From Prochlorococcus sp. AG-418-O03 (GTDB lineage: Bacteria > Cyanobacteriota > Cyanobacteriia > PCC-6307 > Cyanobiaceae), in NCBI GenBank assembly GCA_003213855.1, contig QCMJ01000001.1, positions 88,500-152,499 of the forward strand: DNA of 64,000 bases. Direction: 5' to 3'. The position numbers and the translations under genes were made by a program. Positions within the stretch are counted from its first letter, which is position 1, and every line of letters begins with the position of its first letter. Below, piece by piece: positions 53,025 to 63,402 of this stretch. The notes beneath the pieces are model-generated. The model was given only the letters and a program-made list of their open reading frames with translations, was not told the DNA's origin and ran no database searches.

Positions 53025-54383
53025 TTAGTCTTCTAATTCTATTTGTATTTGTCTTTCATAAATTGATTCTTCATTAAAAACTCTTGCTATCAAGAAACTG
53101 GCAATGCAGCTGATTAACACAGGTTTCATTATTAATAAATTTTTTGTTAAAGCGAAAGCTAAAAACATTGCGGTAATTGGTGTTCGCGAACATCCTGCTA
53201 CGAAAGCTCCCATTCCCGCAAAAATGTATGTACTTGGTGCATGTCCTGTCGCAATTTCCACCCAGCTCCCCATTATTAGTCCAATTGACCCACCTAAAGT
53301 AAGCATTGGATAGAACAATCCTCCAGGAGCTCCAGATGCTGCAGCTAAGCCTGTCGTGATAAATAATACTAAAACTGCTAATAAAGCAATTCCAATACTT
53401 GTATTTTGTTCAGCTATTATTTTCTGTAATTCATCTAAATTATGAAATGTACTGGGTAAACAAGAGTAGATGCTTCCTAAAATAAATCCACAAATACTCA
53501 TTTTTAAAACAAATTTATTTTTATACCACTTTTTCCCAAGATTTTGCATCAACAAAACATATCTGCTGTACAATTCTGCAAATATTCCAATAATTATTCC
53601 TAGCAAAACTAAGTAAATAAAATCTACAGGTAAGAAAAAAACTGATGGGTCATATTCTTTTTGAATCAAAAATCCGAGGTTAAAATCAAACCCTCCTGCT
53701 TTAGGATCTAAGCCTAAGGCTTGAATAATATCAGCAGATGAATCTGCAATGAAAGTTGTAATTACTACTAATAGCAAAATTACTGGTCTTGCAGAGTTTA
53801 ATAACTCTTCTATTGCATAGACAAACCCTCCTAATGGAGCGCTAAATACTGCAGCTATTCCAGCACCACCCCCTGCTGCTACTATTACTCTTCTAAAAGC
53901 TGTGGGAGCTTTGAGCCACTTGGCCATTTGCCAAGCTACTGATCCTCCCATTTGAACGGATGGACCTTCTGGACCCAAAGGGAATCCACTACCAATCGCA
54001 ATAATTCCTGATATTAGCTTTACTAAGCCTACTTTTAAATTCATTGGAACTTTTTTATGTCTTAAGAAACCCATGATTTGACTAACTCCTGAACCTTTTG
54101 CAGCAGGTGCTATATTTTTGATCAAATATCCTGCAATAGCTCCTCCTAGAGCTCCAAAAATAGGTAAGACCGCAATAGATGGGAATTGGTCTAATAATGC
54201 TAATCTCCAATTATTAATAAAATAGATTCCAGTTTTAAAAGATATGCTTGTAATTGAGGCTCCTAAACCTGTTAATAAGAGCGAAAATGCAACGACTAGA
54301 GATCTTTGTTTTAATAATTTTTTGATGCTACGAGACGAATTATTACTTGTTTTTTGAATATTATCTTTTATAAAGTTTGGCAT
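53025..54383 (-). CDS. ClC-family H+/Cl- antiporter
   Basis: GSGVSQ, GPEGP (gating Glu), FSAPLGG..FAIEE-like segment, PGGLFYP, IYE. Confidence 0.92.
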   Translation of the reverse strand: MPNFIKDNIQKTSNNSSRSIKKLLKQRSLVVAFSLLLTGLGASITSISFKTGIYFINNWRLALLDQFPSIAVLPIFGALGGAIAGYLIKNIAPAAKGSGVSQIMGFLRHKKVPMNLKVGLVKLISGIIAIGSGFPLGPEGPSVQMGGSVAWQMAKWLKAPTAFRRVIVAAGGGAGIAAVFSAPLGGFVYAIEELLNSARPVILLLVVITTFIADSSADIIQALGLDPKAGGFDFNLGFLIQKEYDPSVFFLPVDFIYLVLLGIIIGIFAELYSRYVLLMQNLGKKWYKNKFVLKMSICGFILGSIYSCLPSTFHNLDELQKIIAEQNTSIGIALLAVLVLFITTGLAAASGAPGGLFYPMLTLGGSIGLIMGSWVEIATGHAPSTYIFAGMGAFVAGCSRTPITAMFLAFALTKNLLIMKPVLISCIASFLIARVFNEESIYERQIQIELED

Positions 54384-54392
54384 AGTCCATGA

Positions 54393-56966
54393 TTACTTTG
54401 TCAAGCTGAAATCGTTTATTTCATCAAATTGAAGATAGCGATAAAGTTCATCTGAATATGGATTAATTTTATTTTTAGTAATATCCTGATATTCCTCAAC
54501 TTCAGGTATTTTGCCAAGCAGTGCGCAAACTGCTGCTAATTCAGCGCTACCTAAAAAGACTTGTGCATTCTTGCCAAGTCTATTGTCAAAATTTCTTGTA
54601 CTAGTAGAAAATACTACGGAACCTTCATCTACTCTGGCTTGATTTCCCATACATAAAGAACAGCCCGGTAACTCTAACCTTGCACCACAATCTTCAAAAA
54701 TTTTATAGTAACCTTCAGCTTTTAGAGTTTCTTCATCCATCTTTGTTGGTGGACAAATCCATAATTTAGCTTTTAAATTTTGTACTCCTTCAAGAACTTT
54801 TGCAGCTGCTCTGTAATGACCAATATTTGTCATGCAAGAACCTATAAAAACCTCGTCAATATTTGTATTTGCAACATCAGTGATTTCTTTTACATTATCT
54901 GGATCATTAGGGCAAGCAACTATAGGTTGTGTTACTTTTGCTAAATCAATTTCAATGATTTCTTCATACTGAGCGTTTGAATCTGGTTGAATTAATGATG
55001 GTTTTTTTAACCAATTTTTCATATCATTTATTCTTCTTGAAATCGATTTTGAATCTTCATAATTACTCTCGATCATTTTTTCTAGCAGGCAAATATTGCT
55101 TTTTAAATATTCTTGAACAGTTTCTTGGGATAAAAGTATTGTGCTACCAGCGCATGAGCGTTCTGCAGTAGCATCAGTAAGTTCAAAAGCCTGTTCAAGT
55201 TTTAGGTTTGGTAATCCTTCAATTTCCATAATTTTCCCGTTGAATATATTTTTCTTATTTGCTTTCTCAACAGTTAAGAGTCCTTTTTTAATTGCGAAGA
55301 GAGGGATTGCATTTACTAAATCTCTAAGAGTGATTCCTGGTAATAATTCTCCCTTAAATTTAATCAGCACAGATTCTGGCATATTTAATGGCATTGATCC
55401 TATTGCAGCGGCAAAGGCAACAATGCCCGAGCCTCCAGGAAATGAAATGCCAAGAGGAAATCTAGTATGACTATCTCCGCCAGTGCCAACAGTATCTGGG
55501 AGAAGCATTCTATTAAGCCAGCTATGAATTATGCCGTCTCCAGGCTTAAGAGCTACTCCACCTCTTTGAGATATAAAATCAGGTAATTCTTTATGGGTAA
55601 CTAGATCTACTGGTTTAGGATACGCAGCTGTATGACAAAAACTTTGCATCACTAAATCTGCAGTAAATCCTAAACAAGCTAGTTCTTTTAGTTCATCTCT
55701 AGTCATTGGCCCAGTAGTATCTTGACTACCAACTGTGGTCATAATTGGCTCACAGGTCATTCCTGGCCTTACTCCCTCTAAACCACATGCCTTGCCCACT
55801 ATTTTTTGAGCTTGAGTAAAGCCGGCATTACTTTCGGTTGGATTTTGTGGTCTAGTAAATATTTCATTTGGTTGATAATCTAATTTGTTTCTAATTTTGT
55901 CCGTAAGAGATCTTCCAATCATAAGATTTATTCTTCCTCCAGCTTGAATTTCATCAGTAAGAGTTGATGGATACAACTCGAATTTGCTTATAAATTCTTC
56001 AGAATTTGAATCTTTTTCAATTTTTTTAATAATGCCTTTATAAGGGTATATTTTAATAACATCTCCTGTTTTCATTTGAGATACATCAGCTTCTATAGGT
56101 AAAGCTCCTGAATCTTGTGCAGTATTGAAGAAAATTGGGGCTATTTTGCTGCCAATTATTATTCCACCTGTTTTTTTGTTGGGAACAAAAGCGATATCTT
56201 CTCCTATATGCCAAATGAGTGAATTAATAGCAGATTTTCTAGAACTCCCTGTTCCAACAACATCTCCAACATAAGCTATTGGTAAATTTTGTTTTTTTAA
56301 ATTATCAAGAATCTTTAGTCCATCAGGTTTTTTAAATTCCAACATAGCTAATGCATGCATTGGAATATCCGGGCGTGTTGTTGCATGTACAGCTGGAGAT
56401 AAGTCGTCTGTGTTTGTCTCACCGTCAACTTTAAATACTAAACAAGTAATCTCTTTCTCCAGAACTTTTTTATTTATGAACCATTCTGCATTTGCCCAAC
56501 TATTTACAACTTCTTTTGCATAAATATTACTGTGAGATAATTCATAAATTTCATTAGCCGAGTCGTAAACAAGAATAATATTTTTTAAAACTTCTGCCGC
56601 TTTTTTTGCGAGTAAACTATTTTCTCCTTTAAGGATTTCAACCAGAGAATTTACATTGTATCCGCCTATCATTGTTCCTAGTATTTCAATTGCTTTTTCG
56701 GGATTAATTGATTTGCAATATTTTTCGGAATTAACAATAGCTGTAAGCCAGCTTGCTTTTACGTAAGCAGCCTCATCAACTCCTGGGGGTACTCTATTTA
56801 TTAGTAAATCAAGTAAATAAGATGAATCGTAAGTACTATCTTGTTCTAATAATTTTGTAATACAATTTGTTTGTTCAGCATTTAAAGGTAAGGGTGGTAT
56901 ACCTTTGGCAGCTCTTTCAGCTACATGATCTGCATAATCTTTTAGCAATGTTTCCAAATTCTTCAT
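54393..56966 (-). CDS. acnB: Aconitate hydratase B
   Basis: RVPPGVDEAAYVKA, GETNTDDLSPA, QDTTGPM, GSCMTN, PGCSLCMGNQ. Confidence 0.97.
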   Translation of the reverse strand: MKNLETLLKDYADHVAERAAKGIPPLPLNAEQTNCITKLLEQDSTYDSSYLLDLLINRVPPGVDEAAYVKASWLTAIVNSEKYCKSINPEKAIEILGTMIGGYNVNSLVEILKGENSLLAKKAAEVLKNIILVYDSANEIYELSHSNIYAKEVVNSWANAEWFINKKVLEKEITCLVFKVDGETNTDDLSPAVHATTRPDIPMHALAMLEFKKPDGLKILDNLKKQNLPIAYVGDVVGTGSSRKSAINSLIWHIGEDIAFVPNKKTGGIIIGSKIAPIFFNTAQDSGALPIEADVSQMKTGDVIKIYPYKGIIKKIEKDSNSEEFISKFELYPSTLTDEIQAGGRINLMIGRSLTDKIRNKLDYQPNEIFTRPQNPTESNAGFTQAQKIVGKACGLEGVRPGMTCEPIMTTVGSQDTTGPMTRDELKELACLGFTADLVMQSFCHTAAYPKPVDLVTHKELPDFISQRGGVALKPGDGIIHSWLNRMLLPDTVGTGGDSHTRFPLGISFPGGSGIVAFAAAIGSMPLNMPESVLIKFKGELLPGITLRDLVNAIPLFAIKKGLLTVEKANKKNIFNGKIMEIEGLPNLKLEQAFELTDATAERSCAGSTILLSQETVQEYLKSNICLLEKMIESNYEDSKSISRRINDMKNWLKKPSLIQPDSNAQYEEIIEIDLAKVTQPIVACPNDPDNVKEITDVANTNIDEVFIGSCMTNIGHYRAAAKVLEGVQNLKAKLWICPPTKMDEETLKAEGYYKIFEDCGARLELPGCSLCMGNQARVDEGSVVFSTSTRNFDNRLGKNAQVFLGSAELAAVCALLGKIPEVEEYQDITKNKINPYSDELYRYLQFDEINDFSLTK

Positions 56967-57063
56967 TAGTAAGGTTTAATGCCTAATCTATTGTTATTTT
57001 TAATATTGAAAAGGAGAGTATTCATAAATGCTTTTTTAAATATTCAAACTTCTTAATTAATCA

Positions 57064-58131
57064 ATGACGACATCATCAAATAATTCAGCTTTAGAAAAGA
57101 CATCAGATTTACATGTTCTTGAAACACGTCCATTAATACCTCCAAGCAGATTACATAATGATATACCTTTAGATCACGACTCTGCTAATACAGTATCTAA
57201 AACAAGAAGATCGATACAAAATATTTTGCATCATAATGATCAGAAGCTTTTAGTCATTGTGGGTCCATGTTCAATTCATGATCTTGAGGCGGCAAAGGAA
57301 TATTCAAAATATATTCAAAAATTCCGAGAAATGTATAACGATAAATTAGAAATAATTATGAGAGTATATTTTGAAAAACCAAGAACAACTATTGGTTGGA
57401 AGGGATTGATAAATGATCCTCATCTAGATGATTCTTATGATATTAATACTGGTTTAAGAAGGGCAAGAAGTTTGCTTTCATATTTAGCAACTCGAGGCAT
57501 ACCTTCTGCTACAGAATTACTAGATCCAATAGTTCCTCAATACATTGCCGATTTAATAAGTTGGACAGCCATAGGTGCGCGGACCACAGAAAGTCAAACT
57601 CATAGAGAAATGGCATCAGGATTATCAATGCCTATAGGCTTTAAAAATGGAACGGATGGTTCTTTTACTACTGCAATTAATGCAATGCAGTCAGCTTCAA
57701 AATCCCATCACTTCTTAGGTGTAAATGAAAATGGAATGGCTTCTATAGTGAATACTACAGGAAATCCAGATGGACATATAGTTTTAAGGGGCGGTTCAAA
57801 AGGCCCAAATTTTGAAAGTGATCATGTACAAAGAATTTCAGCAGAATTGAGGCAGTGTAATCTTCCCCATAAAGTGATGATTGATTGTAGTCATGGAAAT
57901 TCCAATAAAGATTTCCGAAAACAGTCAGAAGTGCTAAAAAATGTAGCTTCTCAAATTAGTAATGGTGAAAAAAATATTTTAGGAGTTATGCTTGAAAGTC
58001 ATTTGAAGGAAGGAAATCAAAAACTTTTAAAAAAAGAAGATCTCCAGTTTGGCAGAAGCATTACAGATGCATGTATAGATATAGAAACAACAAAAGAATT
58101 AATCGCTATTTTATACGATTCACTTAGCTAG
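57064..58131 (+). CDS. aroG: DAHP synthase (class I-alpha)
   Basis: GPCSIHD, RVYFEKPRTTIGWKG, IGARTTESQ, GFKNGT, DCSHGNS, SITDAC. Confidence 0.95.
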   Translation: MTTSSNNSALEKTSDLHVLETRPLIPPSRLHNDIPLDHDSANTVSKTRRSIQNILHHNDQKLLVIVGPCSIHDLEAAKEYSKYIQKFREMYNDKLEIIMRVYFEKPRTTIGWKGLINDPHLDDSYDINTGLRRARSLLSYLATRGIPSATELLDPIVPQYIADLISWTAIGARTTESQTHREMASGLSMPIGFKNGTDGSFTTAINAMQSASKSHHFLGVNENGMASIVNTTGNPDGHIVLRGGSKGPNFESDHVQRISAELRQCNLPHKVMIDCSHGNSNKDFRKQSEVLKNVASQISNGEKNILGVMLESHLKEGNQKLLKKEDLQFGRSITDACIDIETTKELIAILYDSLS

Positions 58132-58765
58132 TTATTAAAAAATTAAAAAATAATGCTGAAGAGATTGGAACAATGAAATTATCTATTCCTAGAATACTAA
58201 ATTGTTCGAGCAAAGTCGCAATAAAAGCTATTGTAAAATAATTTAAATTTAGACTATTTTGTTGAGAATATCCTATTGAGCAAACTACTATCAAACTTGT
58301 TAAAAACATTGTTATGGTTCCATATAAAGATTTTTTTTGTTCAAAAAAAATCCAACTCTTTGAGTTAAAGCTTTTTCCTATTAATCCAGCTAATCCATCA
58401 CCAAAAGTCATTATGAAAAATCCACTAATTAGTGCATATGGATCTTTATCCCAGAAAAGATAAATCAAAATAAATAAACTTAGACAATAAAATAATGTCC
58501 CATAACTTTTTCTCTCAACATCCTCAATTGTTGGAAATAATTTATAGTTGTAATTGGTGAAAACCATTAATGAAACAATTCCCGTAAAAATTAGAGCAGA
58601 GTTTTGACTAATTTTTAAAAATTGAGCAATTGGTATTAAAGGACCTATTCCAATATGTATTATTTTTCTGACTATTTCTTTGTTATCCTCATTATATTTT
58701 TTAAAAACTATTGAAATTAAAAAAATTAAAAATAAATATAATAAAATTACAGCAAATTTTATCAA
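58124..58765 (-). CDS. Phytol/dolichol kinase family membrane protein
   Basis: RKIIHIGIG, FGDGLAGLIG, KKSLYG, GIDN motifs. Confidence 0.88.
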   Translation of the reverse strand: MIKFAVILLYLFLIFLISIVFKKYNEDNKEIVRKIIHIGIGPLIPIAQFLKISQNSALIFTGIVSLMVFTNYNYKLFPTIEDVERKSYGTLFYCLSLFILIYLFWDKDPYALISGFFIMTFGDGLAGLIGKSFNSKSWIFFEQKKSLYGTITMFLTSLIVVCSIGYSQQNSLNLNYFTIAFIATLLEQFSILGIDNFIVPISSALFFNFLITS

Positions 58766-58770
58766 TTTGG

Positions 58771-59790
58771 TTAAGCTGCTTTTTGATGAGTTGTCATTAC
58801 TCGAAGCTTTAATATTGCTTTAGCTTCTAGTTGCCTTACTCTTTCTCGCGAAACATTAATTTGTCTTCCTATTTCTGCGAGTGTTAATGGTTCTTCACCA
58901 TCTAGCCCAAATCTGAGCTTCATGATTTTTTGCTCTCTTTCATTTAATTGAGAAAGCCAAGTTCCTAAATGCTCTTTTTGAATAGTTCTATCCATACCTT
59001 CCATAGGCTCTTCACAGTTTGGATCAGGTATGAGTTCACCAAGTGTACTTCTGTCTTCTTCCCCTCTTGCATGTGCATCTAGGGAGGCGCAAGGAGCACT
59101 TTGAGAAATTAAATCTTCTAAATCTTTTTGATCAATTCCCATCTCAGTTGCCATTTCCAATCTTGTAGGTTGTCTGCCAAATTTGTGTGATAATTCTCTG
59201 GAGACTTTTCTCATTTTGGATAGTTTTTCACTTATGTGAATAGGCAAACGAATGGTTCTAGCACTGTTATCAATTGCCCTCGTCATTCCTTGTCTAATCC
59301 ACCAGTAAGCATAAGTTGAGAATTTATATCCCATAGCAGGATCAAATTTATCTACGGCTCTTTCAAGTCCAATAGCTCCTTCCTGGACAAGATCTAATAA
59401 TTCAAGCCCTTGGTTTTGGTATTTTTTTGCAACTGAGACAACGAGCCTTAGATTAGCTGCCATCATTCTATCTCTTGCTCTTTTGCCAATCTTAATTTGA
59501 TAAAGATTTCGTTGGGTTCTATCAGTTTCAGGAATTTGTAGCAACTTTTTCATGTTCTGAACATGATGAGCTAACTCTATTTCCTCGGCTGGAGTCAAAA
59601 GAGGTACTCTTCCAATGCTACTTAAGTAATAGCCAATAGAATCTGAAGCGAGTCTGCCAGATTTTTTTTGGCTTTGTTTTGCAGTAAGACTGGATTTCGA
59701 TTTGCGAGATTTGCCCGCAGTGTTTGGTAATCTTGGCTCATCAAAATTATTATCTGAAGAGCTTTTCGCAGATTCCAGAGGGATCCCCAT
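58771..59790 (-). CDS. Group 2 RpoD-like sigma-70 factor
   Basis: ANLRLVVSVAKKY, DLVQEG, KFSTYAYWWIRQ, region 4 VSRERVRQ; AGGAGG RBS (59799-59804) 8 nt before ATG 59790. Confidence 0.94.
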   Translation of the reverse strand: MGIPLESAKSSSDNNFDEPRLPNTAGKSRKSKSSLTAKQSQKKSGRLASDSIGYYLSSIGRVPLLTPAEEIELAHHVQNMKKLLQIPETDRTQRNLYQIKIGKRARDRMMAANLRLVVSVAKKYQNQGLELLDLVQEGAIGLERAVDKFDPAMGYKFSTYAYWWIRQGMTRAIDNSARTIRLPIHISEKLSKMRKVSRELSHKFGRQPTRLEMATEMGIDQKDLEDLISQSAPCASLDAHARGEEDRSTLGELIPDPNCEEPMEGMDRTIQKEHLGTWLSQLNEREQKIMKLRFGLDGEEPLTLAEIGRQINVSRERVRQLEAKAILKLRVMTTHQKAA

Positions 59791-59998
59791 CACCCTGGCC
59801 TCCTAAATAATGGATTTTTTAAAAAGCTAGCACTGAAATTGAAATAAAAACTACTTTTACGTTGAAATTTAAAAGACAAAAATTTTTTTTTTAAAGCTTA
59901 TTTCTTGAAATCCATTGATATGAGATGATTTTATAAAAAATAAAAAAAATTTAAAATATTAAGTATTTTTATAAATGTTGTAAAAATCAATATTAATT

Positions 59999-62077
59999 TT
60001 ATTTTTCTATGAGGTCAATTTGCGAACGATTATGCGATGAATCTAATTCATATTTCAAATATGAACCATCATCTTTCATTATCCAAGAAAAGTAATTATC
60101 TTTAATGTAAGTTTGCAAAAGCGTGTATATTTTAGATTTCAATTCATAATCCTCTATAGGAGTAACAGCTTCTATTCTTCTATCAAGATTTCTTCTCATC
60201 CAATCTGCACTCCCTATAAAAACCTCATTATCCCCGTTATTACAAAACCAAAAAATTCTTGAGTGTTCAAGAAAATGGCCAATAATGCTTATAACTTTAA
60301 TATTTTCACTTAAATTTTTTCTTTGGGGATATAGGCAACAAATACCTCTTATGATGAGGCTTATTTTTACACCTGAGTCTGAAGCTAAATAAAGCAGTTT
60401 AATTATTTCTGGGTCTACTAAAGAATTCATTTTTGCGATTATTTCGGCTTTTTTGCCTTCCTCTGCATTTTTAATTTCTCTCTTTATTAGAAATATAAAT
60501 TTCTCTCGCATCGATGAGGGAGAAACTAATAACTTTTGATAACTTTTTTGTTTAGAGAAACCAGATAAGTAGTTAAATAACTCAAGTAAATCAGATGCAA
60601 TATCAGGATCCGTTGAAAGTAATCCTAAATCTGTATAAAACTTTGAAGTATTAGAGTTATAATTTCCTGTTCCAATATGGAAATAATTCCTTAATCGTCC
60701 TTTCTCTTTTCTTACTGTTAAGGCAATTTTTGTATGTGTTTTGAATCCGATGATTCCATATACAACATGAATGCCAGCTTGTTCAAGTTGTTTGGCCCAT
60801 TGAATATTATTGTCTTCATCAAATCTTGCTTTTAGTTCAACAAGAGTCATTACTTCTTTACCATTCTCTGCAGCTCTCATTAAAGCTGCAATTATAGGGG
60901 AATCTTGGGAAACTCGATATAAAGTAATTTTTATAGCCATTACAAGTGGATCATCAGCTGCTCTGTTTATAAATTCTTCAACTGAAGTTTTAAATAGGTC
61001 ATAGGGATGATGAAGCAGAATATTTTTTTTCCTAAGTATCTTGAAAATAGAATTAGGGTTTTTGTTTGAAGGCAAATCTAGATGTTTTAATTCTGGGTGA
61101 GTTTTTCCAATTAGTAGATTTTCTTTTAAATCATCTCTATCAATTTTTGTAAGCTGATTTAAATCGTCTAGGCCTAATAAACTTTTGCAAAAGTATATAT
61201 ATTCTTTCTGTATTGCGATACTTTCAATAAGTAACTTTAGAATATTTTCTGGCATATCTGACTCCACTTCTAATCTAACTACGTCTCCACCTAATCTTCT
61301 TTTTTGCAAACTTTGTTCAACAGCTAAAAGTAGATCATCAGCTTCAAGTTCTTTTAATTCTAAATCTGCATCTCTTGTCACTCTAAAAAAAGAGTAATTT
61401 ATACATTCCATTCCGTTAAATAAAGTATTTATATTATTCCCAATTAAATCTTCAACACTTATGAAATAGTGAGAACTTTCATCACTAAGTTGAGTAATTT
61501 CATTGGGAATTCTTATAAATCGGGGTATATTTTTTGTTGGTATTTTTACTCTGACAAACTGATTTTTAGAATTCTCCTCATCCTTTATTAAAGCTGCTAA
61601 ATTTAGACTTAAATTACTTATAAAAGGAAATGGATGTGCCGGATCAACAACTAATGGAGTTAATAAAGGGAAAATAGATGTTGTAAAGAAGTTATTACAC
61701 CAATTTCTTTGATTATCACTTAGGTCCTTATATTTTTTTAAAATTACACCTTTTTCTTTTAATTCATTTTTTAATTCATTATTTACATAGTTTTCTTGGA
61801 GAATAGTTAACTTCTTTATTTCATTATTGATTTTTTTTAATTGCTCTTTAGGGGTAAGTCCGTCAATACTTTTTTTAGTAATTTCTGCTTCAACTTGAGC
61901 CTTTAATGAAGCTACTCTTACCATAAAAAATTCATCTAGGTTATTACTAAAAATTGAACAAAATTTTACTTTGTCTAGGATTTTGTACTCCTTTTCCATT
62001 CCAGTAAGGAGAACTCTTTTATTAAATTCAATCCAACTTAATTCTCTATTAATAAAAACATCAGCCTGGCGTTTCAT
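59999..62077 (-). CDS. ppk: Polyphosphate kinase 1
   Basis: NRELSW, NLDEFFMVRV, HPFP, HHPY, ELKARFDE, GTGNYN, SADWMRRN. Confidence 0.97.
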   Translation of the reverse strand: MKRQADVFINRELSWIEFNKRVLLTGMEKEYKILDKVKFCSIFSNNLDEFFMVRVASLKAQVEAEITKKSIDGLTPKEQLKKINNEIKKLTILQENYVNNELKNELKEKGVILKKYKDLSDNQRNWCNNFFTTSIFPLLTPLVVDPAHPFPFISNLSLNLAALIKDEENSKNQFVRVKIPTKNIPRFIRIPNEITQLSDESSHYFISVEDLIGNNINTLFNGMECINYSFFRVTRDADLELKELEADDLLLAVEQSLQKRRLGGDVVRLEVESDMPENILKLLIESIAIQKEYIYFCKSLLGLDDLNQLTKIDRDDLKENLLIGKTHPELKHLDLPSNKNPNSIFKILRKKNILLHHPYDLFKTSVEEFINRAADDPLVMAIKITLYRVSQDSPIIAALMRAAENGKEVMTLVELKARFDEDNNIQWAKQLEQAGIHVVYGIIGFKTHTKIALTVRKEKGRLRNYFHIGTGNYNSNTSKFYTDLGLLSTDPDIASDLLELFNYLSGFSKQKSYQKLLVSPSSMREKFIFLIKREIKNAEEGKKAEIIAKMNSLVDPEIIKLLYLASDSGVKISLIIRGICCLYPQRKNLSENIKVISIIGHFLEHSRIFWFCNNGDNEVFIGSADWMRRNLDRRIEAVTPIEDYELKSKIYTLLQTYIKDNYFSWIMKDDGSYLKYELDSSHNRSQIDLIEK

Positions 62078-63366
62078 TTCAATACTTTTGATTTTTGATT
62101 ATTAAAAGAATTATTACTTTTACCCTCTGCAATAAGGTATATCATGAAAAGCAAGATAACGGAACCAGCTATAAAAGGAGATTTAGGACCAAAACTATCA
62201 TAAACCCTTCCTGCCATTGCAATTCCTAAAACCCCCCCAAGACTCTGTAGACCTTGAAGATTACTTAAAATTGATCCTTGTTTATCAGTGTCTAATTTCT
62301 TTGATATTAGTGCTCTTAAGGTGGGCGTAATTAATCCTGCCCCAACGGCTAAAAATGATACAGCTGAATAAATATTAATTGTCGCATTTTCTTTTGGAGC
62401 AGTTATTAAAAGAGCACATGCTACAAGAATGAAGCCTGATCCGATAAGAGTTAATCGCATTTCTCCAAATTGTTTTACAAGAGGCCCAATTAGTCCTCCC
62501 TGAACGATAATTGCAATTATTCCTACTACAACAAGAGTTCCACTTGATGCTTTTGTCGTCCAGTTTAAAGATTCTTGAAGGAAGAATATAAGTATATTGG
62601 TCAATCCAGTAAAAGCAATAAAGTAAATAAAAAAAGCTAATGATAATTTTTTAATCTTTTCTTCTTTGAAAACTGTAAATAGGTTTTTTAAAGGGTTTTT
62701 TATAAAAGGTTTTGTTTTATTTGAGTCACTATTAGGCTTGGTTTCCGGTAAGTAAAAAAATACAAGGAGGAAATTTATTATTGGAATGATTGAGGCTATC
62801 AAAACTGGAATAATAAAATTATTATTTGTATTTTTGGCAAAAATAACAACAAAAATATTACCTAAGAAAAAACTTAAACCAAAAGCTACACCAATAAGTC
62901 CAAATGTTTTTGCTCTTTTTTCAGGGCTTGAAATATCTGCAAGAATTGTTGTTGCAGTAGCTGCAGTTCCTCCACTTAAACCGTCAATTAGTCTTGCTAA
63001 AAATAATAAAAATAAAGGGATAGAGGCTATTGAATTTGACCAATTAAATAGAACCGTAAAAGATAATATTGATATTCCTATGACTGAACCAGTAATACAA
63101 AAAAGAGTGACAGGTCTTCTTCCATATCTATCGCTCATAAGTCCTATAAAAGGAGAAGCTGTAAATTGAGCTAATTGGTAAGTGCATGATAATAAACCAT
63201 ATGTACTTGCTTTAGAATCAAAAAGTAAAACAAAGGAGGGTAATATAGGTAGTAGTATGCTTTCACTTAAACGATCATTTAAAAGAGTGATAAAGGCACT
63301 AAGGAGAGTAAATTTTTTATTTGGTTTTAATAAACTTTCTTTCACAATATTTACCTTCATTACCAT
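62074..63366 (-). CDS. MFS transporter (TetA/DHA1-like)
   Basis: Motif A G.MSDRYGRRP, ARLIDGLSGG, about 12 TM helices. Confidence 0.9.
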   Translation of the reverse strand: MVMKVNIVKESLLKPNKKFTLLSAFITLLNDRLSESILLPILPSFVLLFDSKASTYGLLSCTYQLAQFTASPFIGLMSDRYGRRPVTLFCITGSVIGISILSFTVLFNWSNSIASIPLFLLFLARLIDGLSGGTAATATTILADISSPEKRAKTFGLIGVAFGLSFFLGNIFVVIFAKNTNNNFIIPVLIASIIPIINFLLVFFYLPETKPNSDSNKTKPFIKNPLKNLFTVFKEEKIKKLSLAFFIYFIAFTGLTNILIFFLQESLNWTTKASSGTLVVVGIIAIIVQGGLIGPLVKQFGEMRLTLIGSGFILVACALLITAPKENATINIYSAVSFLAVGAGLITPTLRALISKKLDTDKQGSILSNLQGLQSLGGVLGIAMAGRVYDSFGPKSPFIAGSVILLFMIYLIAEGKSNNSFNNQKSKVLK

Positions 63367-63402
63367 TAACTTCTACTACCATACTTGTTAATGGAGATTA
63401 TT

